From Folioceros fuciformis (taxonomy: Eukaryota): a stretch of 62,414 nt of DNA. Below are positions 11,027-22,536 of the stretch, piece by piece. Location of the stretch: the NCBI GenBank assembly GCA_049999805.1, contig JBNGIO010006382.1:576171-638584 (forward strand), written 5' to 3'. Position numbers and translations under genes: made by a program. Position 1 is the stretch's first letter. Each line of letters opens with the position of its first letter. Under the pieces are notes generated by a model. It ran no database searches and was not told the DNA's origin. It worked only from the letters and a program-made list of their open reading frames with translations.

Positions 11027-13058
11027 ATGTCGAACACGCTTGAGGACGGGGAGGAGCGGGTGCTTGCCACGGCGCAGCACATTGTGCGCTCGCTCGGCAC
11101 CACCGACACCATGACGGACGACATGTTGCAGATCTTGTCCAAATTCGACGGCAGGTTCACTACCATGAACGGATCCCTGGTGAGCGGACGGAAGCAGGTG
11201 GAGAGCTTGCCACNNNNNNNNNNNNNNNNNNNNNNNNNNNNNNNNNNNNNNNNNNNNNNNNNNNNNNNNNNNNNNNNNNNNNNNNNNNNNNNNNNNNNNN
11301 NNNNNNNNNNNNNCGGCGCGGCAGTCCGTTATCTGGGAGTCCACGGAGGAGGAGATCAGCACGTACTTGCGGGCCGTGGACACTGTGCAGGAGATCTGCA
11401 AGTCCCTGGTGCCCGCAAGTAGCCCGGGTCTGAGCAACCGGGCGCAGAATCTCTTGCAGCAGGCGATGGGGCGGCTGGAGGAGGAGTTCCGGCTGATGCT
11501 GGTGCAGCGGAGCGAGTCCGTATCAGCGGATTGGTTGTTGGACACGCTGTCGGGGTCGTTCACGTCCAATGCGAATGCGGAGGAGGCGTTGGAGGCGGTG
11601 GAGGCGGCCTCGGTGCTGAGCGAGTCCGGGGAGGAGGGGCTGGATGAAGAGGTGCCTGTGGCGGATCCGGTCGGGGACAACCTGCAGCCGGTGCTGTACC
11701 TGCTGCCTCCGGACATTGTGCCGGATCTCCATAAGATCGCGGTGCGCATGGTGAGCAATGGGTTTCAGAGGGAATGCTGCCAGGTGTATGTCACCGTGCG
11801 GAAGACGGTGTTGGAGGAGAGCTTGAATAGGTTGGGAGTAGAGAAGACCAGTATAGATGAGGTGCAGAGGATGATCTGGGAAGTGCTGGAAGCCAAAATC
11901 AAGAAGTGGATCCAGGCCATCAAGGTTGCTGTGAAGGTTTTGTTTGCCAGCGAGCGGCGTCTTTGCGACCAGATTTTCCCGTCTTCTGTGCGGGAGACAT
12001 GTTTTGAGAAGCTGTCCAAGTCTGCAATCAATGATCTGCTGCACTTCAGTGAAGCCATTGCCATTAGTCGGCGGTCCCCGGAGAAGCTGTTCAAGATCCT
12101 GGACATTTACGAAACGCTTAGGGATCTGCTTCCCGATATCGAGACCATCTTCTCGGGTGAGTTATGCAGCAGTGTGAGGTCTGAGGCATCCGGGATTGTG
12201 ATGCGTCTCGGGGAGGCCGCCCGCGGCACGTTTGCAGAATTCGAGAACGCCATTCAAAGGGATACCGCGCGGGCTCCTGTGCCTGGTGGAGCAGTTCATC
12301 CGCTCACTCGGTATGTCATGAACTACATAACATTTCTGTTTGTGTACATGGAGACCTTGGAGCAACTGTTTGGGGACAAGAAGACGGCTCCCCCAGGACT
12401 GCCGGCGGAGGCGGACGGTGTAGACGAGACTGGGATGGGAGCACGTGACCAGTTATCCCCCTTAGCCGCACAGACCATGGTCATCACCCATGTCTTACAG
12501 TCCAACCTGGAGCTCAAGTCGAAGCTTTACAAGGATAACGCCCTGACCTATTTGTTCTTGATGAACAACGTGCACTATATTGTGCAGAAAGTGAGGTGTT
12601 CGGATGAAGTCCGAACACTGTTGGGAGATGATTGGGTTAGGAAGCGCACAGGATTTGTTCGCCAGTGCGCCACTAACTATCAGAGGGCTGCGTGGGGGAA
12701 AGTCTTCAACTGCTTGAAGGATGAGGGCATTCATGGTAGCAGTGGTTCGCTATCAAGTGGCGTGTCCAGGGTGGTGCTCAAGGAGAGGTTCAAGAGCTTT
12801 AATGTTGCCTTCGATGAAATTCACAAGGCCCAATCTACGTGGATAGTTCCTGATCCTCAGCTGAGGGATGAACTGAGGGTTGCCATAGAGGACCGCCTCC
12901 TGCCTGCCTATCGATCATTTCTGGGACGTTATGGGAACTATTTGGACACAGGCAGGCATCCAGACAAGTATATCAAGTACTTGCCGGAGGATCTGGAGCG
13001 GTTGATCAATGACCTGTTTGAGGGACGGGGGACGGGGAGTGCCCGCGTCACCAGATAA
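11027..13058 (+). CDS. EXO70: Exocyst subunit EXO70 (EXO70.2 / B-F-like clade), apparently intronless, spans a 100-N gap
   Basis: N-terminus EDGEERVLATAQHIVRSLG...MLQILSKFDGRF. Core motifs AMGRLEEEFR, PEKLFKILDIYE, VPGGAVHPLTRYVMNY, LFLMNNVHYIVQK, KERFKSFN, WIVPDPQLRDELR, PAYRSFLGRY. Confidence 0.95.
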
Positions 13059-14078
13059 TTTACATGTTTATGAGGCTCTGGTGCTGAAAGCTTTGTGCCG
13101 ACGTGAGAACCCAAGTCATTAGCTTTTGGTCGGCAGCCATGTCCGGTTCTGCTTGCCTGAGCTGTATTTGAAAGCACAGGTTGACCTTGCCAAGTGTCAG
13201 GGCTGTGGTCAACCATGGGGCTGTTATGAGTGGAATACGATGCTTTCTCGTATTGATACTACTGGTTGGGGTGGGGGAGGGGGTGAGAGTTGAGATTGGC
13301 ACAGGCAATCACAAGCTCCATCGTGCAGCTAACTTTGCAAATCCTGTAGGCTTGTTCTAGGACTGATCTGAAGAACTTGGTTTGACTGCAAGCCGTGAGT
13401 TAGAAACAGTCTTAAGTCACTCTTACACAGAGACCATCGACGTTGGTGCAATACAATTGTTTCTGCAGTGATGTTGCCTGCACACAGACAGGCTGGCCCT
13501 CCACTGGCTTTCACCATAGCTGGTGACAACGGAAATTGCTGATATGAGATGACCCCCCACCTGTCTGTCTGACTGATGGTAGGTTTCCTGGAACTGAACG
13601 GGGTTTAGGGTTCTTGTAGATACTCCACTTGCGTAGTTTTTCTTTTCTTCATGTGGTCAGTGTGACTTGTGTAGCCAGTTGCGGACTTGCGATTCTTACT
13701 TATCTAAAGAGGCATTGGAAGTTCCAAAAAGTTGCAGGTGGACGAGAGCCGTCTCTAAGGGACTGTTGGCTAGGGCAGTGGACCCTTTCGAAGTCCCGTG
13801 TCAAGACCACGCGAGTGAATGTAGGTCTTAGAGCCTGCCCACGTGGGTGCGTACGTCGTACTCATTAGAGGAGTTCAGCTTGACTGGTTTTGGACTCCGC
13901 AAGGCGGCGATTTATCGCCTCACAAATAAAGAATGGGGTTTCCCAGCACATAAGTTGCGGAGGACACCAGCAAAATTAATGAATGCCTAGTCGTGTAGGC
14001 CCGCACTGTACAATACAAAGTGAAAGTCTCAGTCTAGCTTATTGGCAAGCTACAAAACGAGGAAGGCCCTCTAGCCAG

Positions 14079-15422
14079 CTAGATGTGCAGTGCAGCAGCG
14101 ATGGGTCCAGCCAGGCTGAGAATCTCAAATGGAGGCCTGCCCATGACAGCCTTCACAGTCAGAGGACAAGAATCGGTGATCCAGAAATGGGAGAAGCCGT
14201 GCTCAGCCCCTAGGCCGCTGTCGTGCTGAAAGCGCTCGAAGGAGCGCTCGGGGAAGACACCGTGGGTGGCGTAGGCGCTCACCTTGCAGGCCCCGTGCCT
14301 TGCTAGCAGCTTCTGGCACTCTATGAGGGTGGAGCCGGACTGAACCAGGTCATCAACGATAACCACGTGCCTGCCCTTGGGGTCGCCTTCCTTCAAGCTG
14401 ACAATCCTGTTCTCACCTTCCCGCACCTTGGTGCACACTATGGTGGGGAAATGTTGCAGCTGCATGTGGAAGCGCTTCCAGGCGCCCTCGTCCGGGAAGG
14501 CGACGCTGACGTTGACCGAGTCCGAGAGCTGGTGGAGGCGGTGCTTGAGCAAGGGGATGCCGCTCTCGAAGCAGGGCAGCACGTTGTCCCCGAAGTAGAA
14601 GCGCTCCTGCAGGGCGTGAATGTCGAAGATGACCAGACTCGTCGGCCCGCCCCTGGAGATGGGGATATTGGACAGGATCCGGGCCAGGGTGAAGGCGGTG
14701 GCGATATCCCCCTCATCCTCCATCCGCTCCAAAGTCCCCGTTGGAAAGAAGGGCAGCACCAGGGTGAAGGAGGACACGAACATGCGGGGCAGCGCGTAGA
14801 TCACCGACAGCTGCTCGAAGATTGATCGGGGAGAGCTGAAGGAGGCCAGGAAGGCCACGTGCTGGCCCCGGATGCCGTGCGCGTTGGGCACGAAGAGGTT
14901 GGGGAAGCCGTCCGCGAATGTCTTCCACACGATGGTCTGCAGCTGGATGGAGTCCGTCTGCTTGGCGATACGCTGCGCCAGATCCTCCGTCTCGCTGCAG
15001 TGGAACAGGCAAACCTGCTTCTTGTTAGGCCGATCAAGAAGCCCGCATGCCGGCCCCATGGTGATGGCCGCTTCCGCCGCGCTCGCCGCCAGCGCCGACG
15101 CCAGAGGTAGGGTAGGGATGTCCAAGCCGGCCCCGTTGTCCGCCATCCTATCCCCGGCGCTGCTGCTGCTCCGCCCGTTCCAGCTCCAATTCACGAGGCT
15201 ACTGCCCGCGTCCGCCTCCTGCTTCGCCGTGTCCTCCACCCGCCTCGCCCGCCCGATGAACGTCCCAGAGCCCCCGAGGAAGGTGCAGAATCCTACACCG
15301 CTCTGCCCGTAGGCAGAGCACGCCGCGCGGTTCACGCTTCCCCCTCCTCCTTCACTGCGCGGCACCGTCCTCACTGACACAACCAGCGCGGCGGGGCACA
15401 AACTGGAGGCCATGGCCGCCAT
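14079..15422 (-). CDS. PRS3: Class II (phosphate-independent, PRS3/PRS4-type) ribose-phosphate pyrophosphokinase with organellar N-terminal extension, intronless
   Basis: [77 protein letters not shown]-binding [13 protein letters not shown]. The first ATG (MAAMASS...) is at 15422. Confidence 0.93.
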   Translation of the reverse strand: MAAMASSLCPAALVVSVRTVPRSEGGGGSVNRAACSAYGQSGVGFCTFLGGSGTFIGRARRVEDTAKQEADAGSSLVNWSWNGRSSSSAGDRMADNGAGLDIPTLPLASALAASAAEAAITMGPACGLLDRPNKKQVCLFHCSETEDLAQRIAKQTDSIQLQTIVWKTFADGFPNLFVPNAHGIRGQHVAFLASFSSPRSIFEQLSVIYALPRMFVSSFTLVLPFFPTGTLERMEDEGDIATAFTLARILSNIPISRGGPTSLVIFDIHALQERFYFGDNVLPCFESGIPLLKHRLHQLSDSVNVSVAFPDEGAWKRFHMQLQHFPTIVCTKVREGENRIVSLKEGDPKGRHVVIVDDLVQSGSTLIECQKLLARHGACKVSAYATHGVFPERSFERFQHDSGLGAEHGFSHFWITDSCPLTVKAVMGRPPFEILSLAGPIAAALHI

Positions 15423-16339
15423 GTCGTCGCCGTCGTCGCCGTGGTCACCTCCTCGCCGAGGGTAACCGATGCCATCACCATCTGTCCCTCTGCCTGGGGC
15501 TCTCCTCGACACAACTCCGTGGGAAAAAAGGTTTTACGCACGTTGAGTTCGAAAGCCTAGAATATACAATCCTGCGCCGGCAGAGTGCACCTCGGAAGAA
15601 CAAACGCGAGAAAGTGAGCAGCTCGTTGCCGGCAAATCAAGGTCTCACTGCCTGCTCGGCACGACATACAGAAAATATGCCCAAGGGCCAAAACCCTCTT
15701 CAGACAAGACGAGGAACCCTAAACCATAAACATGCAGCATCCGCTACACAAAAACAAGGAGACACACGAGAGGCCAGCCAGACCAAGTCTGCACATGCTT
15801 CAGAGAAGGATGCATCCCCTGTGGTCTAATCTAATAAATCCCCCTTGCACACAGCTCATGGTCCCCAGTCCCTGGCACGCAGCAGACAACTGCTGCCCAA
15901 GCAGAAAGGGACGAGAAACCCGGCTACCATGGCTGGAGGGGCACATGTTGGAAGGGGTGTCTAATACGCACAGAAGCCATGCCGTGGCAAGGCAGCTCCA
16001 TCTTCTCTTCTTCTTCCTAAAACTTGACCACCACACTTGGCGCTGTAGGATAGCACAAAGACGCGGGAAGACTTTGGGCAAGGGCACAGGACAGATGATA
16101 CCCCAAATGGAGTGAAAAGGTGATGGTGGAGTGGTTACCATTGCAGAAACAAGCGAATTCTTTGCTGTGAGGAACCTGCCCTGACCACCATGGCTCACCC
16201 AAATAGGTCGCAGAAACGCCTCAGCCCAGAAGTATCGTGAAGGTAGTGGCTTTCGCCTCATCGTTGACTTGTGTATCGATCCCCTGGAAACTACTACAGG
16301 CCCTAGCTAGTCCTGTCTTGAAAGAGGGCTTGAGATGCA

Positions 16340-17413
16340 TCACTCATCCAGCTCCTCCAAGTCCAGATCATCATCATCTTCCGCCAAAAACTGTTCATCC
16401 TCAGCGCTGAAGAGAGAAATTCTGACATCGTTAGACCCTGGCTGAACACCAGCACCATTCTGGTTGAATGACTCCTGCACCATCTGCTCCTCGTCTTGCC
16501 TCTCGTAGACATCAAAGGCTTCCGCATCATCCACAAACAGACTTGAATTTGCGGCAAACAATTCACGGCCGCTCATCCGATCTGCCCTAGCCCGCTCAGC
16601 CTTCTTTTGAGCAAGCTCGGCTTCCTTCGCCTCCATCTTCTTCCTCTTCCACTCAGAAAAGAGCTCGGCAGTCAACATGGTGTTCCCCTTCACCATAGAT
16701 CTCTGGTTCTCGATATCTTCTTCAATGGTCAGCCGCTCCCCTTCCTCCTCCAGGAGAGCCTTCAATTGACTCTTGATGACGAAACCAGGAGGCAAGGCAT
16801 GCCGGTAGTGACAGTCCTTGCCTCCGTTAGGGCACACCCAAAACCATCCATACTGCTTCTTCTCAACAGCCTCGATGAAGAATTTGCACACAATCTCCGT
16901 AGGCTTGTTGCTGTTGTACTCCTGTCCCTTGGCAGCAACCACCTTCTCAAGGGTCTCCTGATCCCAGTCCTCCATACCTTCGTCGGTATCCCGCTGATCG
17001 CTATACACATCGATTTTCTCCCCCTTCCTCTCCACGCTCAAATCATGAGAGTACTTACACTTAAATCCCTTGGCACACTGCCCACGGCGAAAGAATTCGC
17101 ACACCACAGACTTGGGATCCACCCCTACCGGCACCTTGGGCTGGCTGATGGCCACCTTGAACAGCTCGCTGAGCTCCTTCTCCCGCTGACTCTCTTCCTC
17201 CTTCTTCTTCTTCATGGCCGCCTTGGGATCATCCACAGCCTTGGCCTTGGCCTGCACAGACTGGTGCAGGCTCTGCACATACTTCTGCACATTTTTGCTC
17301 TTGTTCTTGTTCTTCAGCCCAAAGGTCTTGTCCTCCACCAGCTTCTGCTTTTTCGCCAAATCCGCCTTTTGCTTCTCCTTCCCTGCCTTGCTGGCCGCTG
17401 CCTTTGGCGGCAT
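16340..17413 (-). CDS. ZC3H15: CCCH zinc-finger protein ZC3H15/DFRP1 (Tma46 homolog, partner of DRG GTPase), intronless
   Basis: MPPK start, EDKTFGLKNKNKSKNVQKYV, VPVGVDPKSVVCEFFRRGQCAKGFKCKYSHDL, VCKFFIEAVEKKQYGWFWVCPNGGKDCHYRHALPPG, MSGRELF, acidic tail. Confidence 0.93.
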   Translation of the reverse strand: MPPKAAASKAGKEKQKADLAKKQKLVEDKTFGLKNKNKSKNVQKYVQSLHQSVQAKAKAVDDPKAAMKKKKEEESQREKELSELFKVAISQPKVPVGVDPKSVVCEFFRRGQCAKGFKCKYSHDLSVERKGEKIDVYSDQRDTDEGMEDWDQETLEKVVAAKGQEYNSNKPTEIVCKFFIEAVEKKQYGWFWVCPNGGKDCHYRHALPPGFVIKSQLKALLEEEGERLTIEEDIENQRSMVKGNTMLTAELFSEWKRKKMEAKEAELAQKKAERARADRMSGRELFAANSSLFVDDAEAFDVYERQDEEQMVQESFNQNGAGVQPGSNDVRISLFSAEDEQFLAEDDDDLDLEELDE

Positions 17414-17928
17414 CTTGCCTACTCCTCCGACCACACTCCACCTCTTGGATCAAGCGGCAAGGATGATACCTCCACAAATCCAACCCACACCCTAAGCCCT
17501 GAGATTTATACGGCGACCCCGCACCACATCGACTAAGTCCTGAGATCTACCTGTCTATATTTTGCTTGCTCAACTTCACCTCCTTAGGATGTCGGATGCG
17601 CACCCTTTTCTAGGTTAATGGCCCAAACTGCGTACATATGTACCTTCTATATAAGTGAAACTTTTACTTTACTTATACATATATAGTATTAAGTACTTTA
17701 AAGAAGATTGTATGAAAAAAAATTATAGATATGATAAAAGTATTCTATGTTTCGAAAGGAATAGTATCCTTTTGGCCTTGATGGGGTTGTTCCTCCAATC
17801 TTTTCGAGTAGTAGATGGGCTTTCCATTATTTTTTTCAATAATAAAAAAAACCTGTTTATTTATGTTAGAGATACTATAACATGACAAACATATTATCTT
17901 CTGCTCGAACAATATTTACCAAGTATAA

Positions 17929-19159
17929 TTACGTGGACTCTAATGGTTCTTGGCAATCTTCTCTTTCATCTAAGTCACGAAATCTTATCAACTCATATCC
18001 CCAAGCTCCTGCAAGGGCCCCAATTACTGGGCCAACTAAATATATCCACATTTTGGAATACATGTTGATGATGACGAAAGGTCCCAATGATCTAGCTGGG
18101 TTCATTGATGCTCCAGAAATGGGTCTACCATACAACATAAATGTTAGCATAGATAGAACAATCAAAAGGATGATGTTAGCATAGATAGAACAACAAAAAA
18201 AATTAGTGCAACAAAACACATGAGTTAGAACAATTCTGCCGAGTTGTATTACCCTCCAAACAATGCATCCAATGTTACCGTAGCACCAATAACAAGACCT
18301 CCAAGGTGCGATATCTACAAACAAGCAATTGGTACATTCAACACAATATTAGAGCTTGACACGTTTTCAAAATATGCTTTGCCTAATCACATCAATGTCT
18401 TGTGTTAGGAAAGGTGTTGAAAGTTTTACCGATTTCTTGTCGGTTGTGGTTCCCATCACCACAAACATTAGAATAAACGTGAGGCCGATTTCAAAAACCA
18501 AAGACTGAAGGTCACTCCCAGAGGGAAGAGTAGCTCCAATGTTGGCATAGTTCCCTAATGTGACTAATAGGATTGAGGAGCCAGAAATCGCACCACTGAC
18601 TTGGGCGATTATGTAAAAGGGAACCTGCATCACAACATGAGCTTAGAGTTTGTTGTGAAATAATAACGTGAAAACAGAATAAGCAATCACAATGGAAAGC
18701 TTACCAATCTCCACTCGAATTTTTGCACAGATGCTAATGCAATAGACACTGCAGGATTCATATGGCATCCTGAGATGTGTCCAACTGCATAGATAAGAAC
18801 TGAGACTGCTATTCCCCATGTGAGCGCCACTCCAACATGAGTAACCTTCCCATTCGTAATTTTGTCTACCATAACAACTCCACACCCAACAATAATAAGG
18901 ATGAATGTGCTTACAAACTCTGCTGCAAGCTACCAGGAGAGAAAGTTAAGATTGATAGAATATGAGTGTTTGACTGCTTCAAAGTATGAAAAAGGGATAA
19001 GGAATAAAGTACCTTTTGAAATATTCTAATCTCGTTGTGAGGCTCTGTAACATTGATCAACTTTCCGGACAATGCTCGAGGAGGAGGAATTGAAAATAAA
19101 GACAAAGATGAACTCGTAAACGATGCTCGTGGTGATGTGTACTTGGTGATCTCTGCCAT
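17929..19159 (-). CDS. NIP: NOD26-like intrinsic protein (NIP aquaporin), 5 exons, AT-rich copy
   Basis: AAEFVSTF, VALTWG, GHISGCHMNPAV, LVFEIGLTFILMFVV, IGATVTLDALFGG/PISGASMNPARSLGP. Two NPA boxes and the typical four NIP intron positions. Confidence 0.92.
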
Positions 19160-20084
19160 CACTTTGTCAGCTAAACCTGAAACAAATAATGTACACAATC
19201 AGTCAAGCATGTGCTATGTTCTGGAACAACATATGAAATATTTAACAACAAATGTAGTAATTAACCACATAGTCGACTAAGTACCTCTAAAACACTTCAA
19301 TACAAAGCAATGCCTTGATCCTCTCCCTCAGCTCTGGTCACTTGGGTCACTCTACATATATACTTCATAGAGGTCCTAAACTTCGATCATGCAACTGAAA
19401 GTAAATATTTTCAGTATAATGATTATATTTTTATTAAACTGCGATGTACATTTAATGGGTATGTTTATCTATTGTAAATAAAATAATAAAATATATATAG
19501 ATTAAATGAAATCATATTTAACTAGAGGTATTGAAGGTTTGCATGAGATGACGAAATTCAATTTTATAACATATTTTCTTCTTCCATAGATAGTGTAATA
19601 ATATCTGATAAACTTTCAGAGATGAATGCTCTAGAGCTTGGGGTGGAGGAATTGTGAGACTATATCATATTTGAAAGAAGCTATAAAAACCCCATCTTCC
19701 CACAAACGACAGAGGAAAAAAAGTTGAAGAGGGCGGAAGGGCAAGGAAGGGGCTCGTGAAGAACACTCCCATCTGCTTTCATAATCAGACGTGCTGAAGG
19801 AAAACATCGGCCGTTCTGCAAGAGCGGATATGGAAACGACAGATGAGGGAAGGCTGAAAAGTGAGCAGAGGGAACAAGACAAAAAAGAGCCTTCAGTATT
19901 TAGGGTATCGGGGAGCCCTTTTCGTTGGAGCCAGGCGGCAGTTATTCGCTATTGGAAGCGACAACTGCGGATTCGGAGGGAAAATCGATGAAGCGGGCAG
20001 GGAGCTGTATGAAATCTAGCTGCATGTTTTCTTCAGTGGAATGTGAAATGCAGGAGACCGGCTGGGGCATGCGTGATTCTAGGT

Positions 20085-22223
20085 ATGGATGCTGGGGCGT
20101 TGAATGCCCCCTGCATCCGAGGACCGATACTGCACAGGCAGATGCCATGGCTGGTGCTCATCGTGGTGGCTGTTGTCCTTGGCTGCAACATCATCATGGG
20201 AGGGCCTTTCTTTGGACAGGTACTTTGGGAATGTGCCGTCTTTGTGCCTTTAGTGGTTGGGTTCTGGCTCATACGGTCTCGTGGGCATTTGGAACGGGCA
20301 TATCAGAGGAGCAGTGAGCATTGCGCTGGGTGGGATGGGCACGAGAAAGGAGATCTCGAGTGGGTGGACGAGGTGCAGCAACTGAGAGATACGGTGCAGG
20401 AACAGCGCAGAGTCATTCAACTCCAAAACGCATCGTTGGAGGCACTTCGAGCTGAATTTGTTGAAGCCAGAAGGTTGTGCAGGGACAAGCTGAATGCTTC
20501 TCCTCCTGCCCCTGCAGATTTTTCGTGCAGTGTCAGCGATGACATCCAGCAAGTTCCCATGCACTTCGTGCATACGACAACAGATTTGTACCCTCGCAGG
20601 ATTTGGGGCCAACCGGATGAGGTGAGGGGAACTGTGCTGAGCTCGGGTCGTTGGGTTTCACAGTTTGGAGTGAGGGGTGGTGCAGCATCAGTTTCGTGAT
20701 GTGGGTACGCAGGACCTTGAGGCCACCGGACGGCCCAAACAGTTGCTGGCAATGGCAGTTGGTGCCAAGAATCTGAAAAACGTGAACAAGATGATACAGA
20801 AGGTAACCTGCTTCAGCACCTGGGTTGCTGCCATCAGTGATGCTGAACTGGGAATATGCATGCATGCATGCTCTGAATGCATCGGCCGTTTGGTTGTTGT
20901 GGTACAGTTTCCTGCCAAAAATTTCTCTCTTGTGCTCTTTCACTACGATGAGTCGTCGTACGAGAGTTGGTCTCAGTTTAGCTGGTGCAGTCGTGCTGTT
21001 CACGTTCAAGTTCCCTCTCAAGGAAAATGGTTGGTAATTCGAGCCTTTGCAGTTTGCACGTTGAGCTGTGAGGAACGTGGCAGTGTGACATCACCACAGT
21101 CTCCGTAAGTTTGCAGAACCGGGTTATATGGCAGGTGGTATGCAAAGCGGTTTCTGCATCCAGCGGTAGTGGATCCTTTTGATTACATCTTTTACTGGGA
21201 CGAGGACCTCAACCTGGACAACCTCAATCCTATTAGGTCTGCGAATTGCTGGTTCAGTCTGCACATGAGCAACTGTATCGATAACATGCAGAGCTGATTT
21301 ATTTACCACTGTTATGGTATGTAGGTACGTGGAAGTGATGAAAAAGCATAGGCTGGAGATATCGCAGCCTGCGCTCTTCCCCAACACAGGTGTGCACTAT
21401 GAGCTGCTACGCCGGGTAAATAACAGTGAAGTTCATAGAAGGACGAATGTCATCGTATCAAACTTCTTCGGCAACAAAACCATGTGCAAGGATGGATCGA
21501 ACTCACTGCCTTGTGCTGGGTAGGTGTCGGCCAGTACTTTCCACCGTTGTGCTGTGCAGCTTTCACATTGCAAATACGTTTACGGCTCACATCAGCTGCT
21601 TGCTCGCAGATTCGTAGAGGTTATGGCTCCCGTGTTCACCAGAAGGGCCTGGAAATGTGTGTGGCACATGATTCAGGTGTGTGAGGTTATTCTGTACTCA
21701 GAATGGCGCTCCTCATGAAGAGGGACTAACTTGGACAACTGGTTTCATCCCTGCAATAGAACGATTTGGTGTTCGGATGGGGTGTGGACTGGAAGTTTGG
21801 GGCATGTGCGGGTGGTCCTCCCCACGAAAACATCGGCATCATTGACTCCGATTTTGTGAAGCACATGTCCAGTTCCTCACTGGGAGCGGAGGTATGCGAC
21901 ACACATCGCATCAGTATAACCATCTGTCATTCGTATAGCTCCCTGATTATTTATCGGATGTGCCTGCAAAGGTTGATGTCCTTTGTGGTCTCATGCAGGC
22001 AAAGAAAGGCAATCAAAGTGATAGAAGTTTGCGACAGAAGGTTTCTTCCGTACTTGTCAAAACACTACCGTCTCGTGGATGCATGATGTCACCATGACTA
22101 AATGTGCTAGGTTTTGAATGGCTTGGTTTGGCTTAGGTCATGTCCCGGAGCAGCGAAGAGCTTCGGGAGTTCTTGAGGCGGTGGAATGAATCTCAAGCCT
22201 TGCAAAATTCATCTCGCGTGTGA
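20085..22223 (+). CDS. DUF707 family protein (putative Golgi glycosyltransferase-like, type II membrane, coiled-coil stem), copy 1
   Basis: TM segment, coiled coil, then TDLYPRRIWG, LLAMAVG, LVLFHYD, KW/WYAKRFLHP...DYIFYWDED, LEISQPAL, PCAG/FVEVMAPVFTRRAWKCVWHMIQ/NDLVFGWGVDW, IGIIDS. The start codon is approximate. Confidence 0.88.
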
Positions 22224-22536
22224 ACTGCCACCAAACTCCTTGCAGCTCTTTGATTCAAAAAACCAGATGTAGTAGCTTTAGGCAATATGATGTCGTCTCA
22301 ACTGCAACTGGATGTACATACTGTGTTGTACTGGTCGAGGTGGTGCGGGAACTGTCACAACCGCTTCCGGGCCGTTACCGCTCATAAGTCTTCCCTTCTC
22401 TCTCGGGTGGTAGAAGTAACCAGAATTGTCGCAAGTCACTATTTAGGTGGATTGTTCCCGCTGGAGAAGAGCTGCACAATGCATGCACTCCAAAGGAAGT
22501 GGTGGATGGATATTCCTGTTGGAGAACAGCCGCAAA

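Noticed and set aside
11214-11313. Apparent frameshift in EXO70
   Set aside because: It coincides with a 100-N placeholder gap of arbitrary length.
16607-17536. 309-aa plus-strand ORF and similar long antisense ORFs over EXO70, PRS, the dioxygenase and the PPR
   Set aside because: These are antisense shadows of GC-rich coding sequence with no independent motifs.
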